A program made the position numbers and the translations under genes. A stretch of 64,000 nt of DNA, taken from NCBI GenBank assembly GCA_907165135.1, contig OU015569.1, positions 3,100,001 to 3,164,000 on the forward strand, read 5' to 3'. Every line of letters starts with the position of its first letter. Within the stretch, counting starts at the first letter, position 1. Below are positions 63,446 to 64,000 of this stretch, one piece after another. The DNA comes from Oikopleura dioica (taxonomy: Eukaryota > Animalia > Chordata). The notes beneath the pieces are model-generated. The model was not told the origin of the DNA and did not search any database. It saw nothing but the letters and a program-made list of their open reading frames with translations.

Positions 63446-64000
63446 ACCTAACTATAAATTTACCTTTGTGAGTGGCAGTGTAATAATCTGGCTTGATCGG
63501 GCAGCAGTTCTGATCCAAAAATACCCAGCTCGCCAGTCGAGTTAAACTTCTGAAACGTCACAGGAGCGCGCAGGTTTTTCAACGTTTTCAAACAATCTGG
63601 ATATTCCTTCGTCATGCATGTCTCGTCGTAGAGGTTGATCAATCCTGAGGTCGAACCGATCGAGAAAATTGTCTCCTGGTCGTTGACTCCTACAAAACAA
63701 GCTCTAGAAAGACGAAAGCAGGAATATAAATTTTACCTAGAGACGTGCATCCCGCCATATCTTGAAAACTGTGAACTGGCTCCATTTTTCGCAGATCGAA
63801 AGTCATCACTTGGCCGCATTCTGACAGCGTCCACATTCTATTCCCGTCTTTTGACATTTTTACATCAACATTCTGTTCTGTGGCGCTTTGCAGCACTCCC
63901 ACGACTTCCTTGTTCTTCTCTGAAAAGGATTTGTAAGTTCACTGATGACCTCTTGCTGAAATCAAGGAAGAGGAGAAGTACTTACTCGAAACGATGTGAA
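61659..64000 (-). CDS. UTP18: U3 snoRNA-associated WD40 protein UTP18, 3' part; last exon 61794-61659 after a 1669-bp intron
   Basis: GSTSGLINLY...LKTLKNL...FNSTGE...ARLLH..S|VIRNFP...FSPKSGFMAIGN...FKLNHYPNY* follows the UTP18 C-terminus (TVFSNFP...FSPRSGYFALGN...RLHHY). Confidence 0.88.
62329..62759. mobile_element. 431-bp MITE (D) with perfect 25-bp TIRs and 8-bp TSD
   Basis: ctagggtcggcaacccaacaaaaaa ... ttttttgttgggttgccgaccctag; TSD ctgactgg at 62321-62328 and 62760-62767; many ttttgttggg subterminal repeats. Confidence 0.96.

Overview
Compact, intron-dense animal DNA, very probably the appendicularian tunicate Oikopleura dioica. This is inferred from 35-60 bp introns, frequent GA-AG/GC-AG introns, operon-like spacing with splice acceptors just before ATGs, and the gene content. 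About 30 spliced protein-coding genes can be reconstructed by eye: NMD3, two tandem RING genes, GPI-anchored mucin-like proteins, an HS 3-O-sulfotransferase, an NHL-repeat protein, two class-A GPCRs, a two-domain thioredoxin, TSP1-repeat, vWA-collagen, CUB and EGF-ZP proteins, a SENP protease, TFIP11, a CAP protein, TK1, two multi-homeodomain paralogues and UTP18. Highlights: (1) a stand-alone KEN (IRE1/RNase L-type) ribonuclease gene and, 30 kb away, an IRE1-like pseudokinase with no KEN domain, a possible split kinase-RNase system; (2) UTP18 and a homeobox gene interleaved on opposite strands, sharing an 18-bp quasi-palindromic splice acceptor used in both directions; (3) four unrelated MITEs with perfect 8-bp target-site duplications, three inside coding exons; (4) alternative signal-peptide first exons and small secreted peptides. 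All homology calls come from motif recognition from memory; no searches were run, and exon boundaries are manual.
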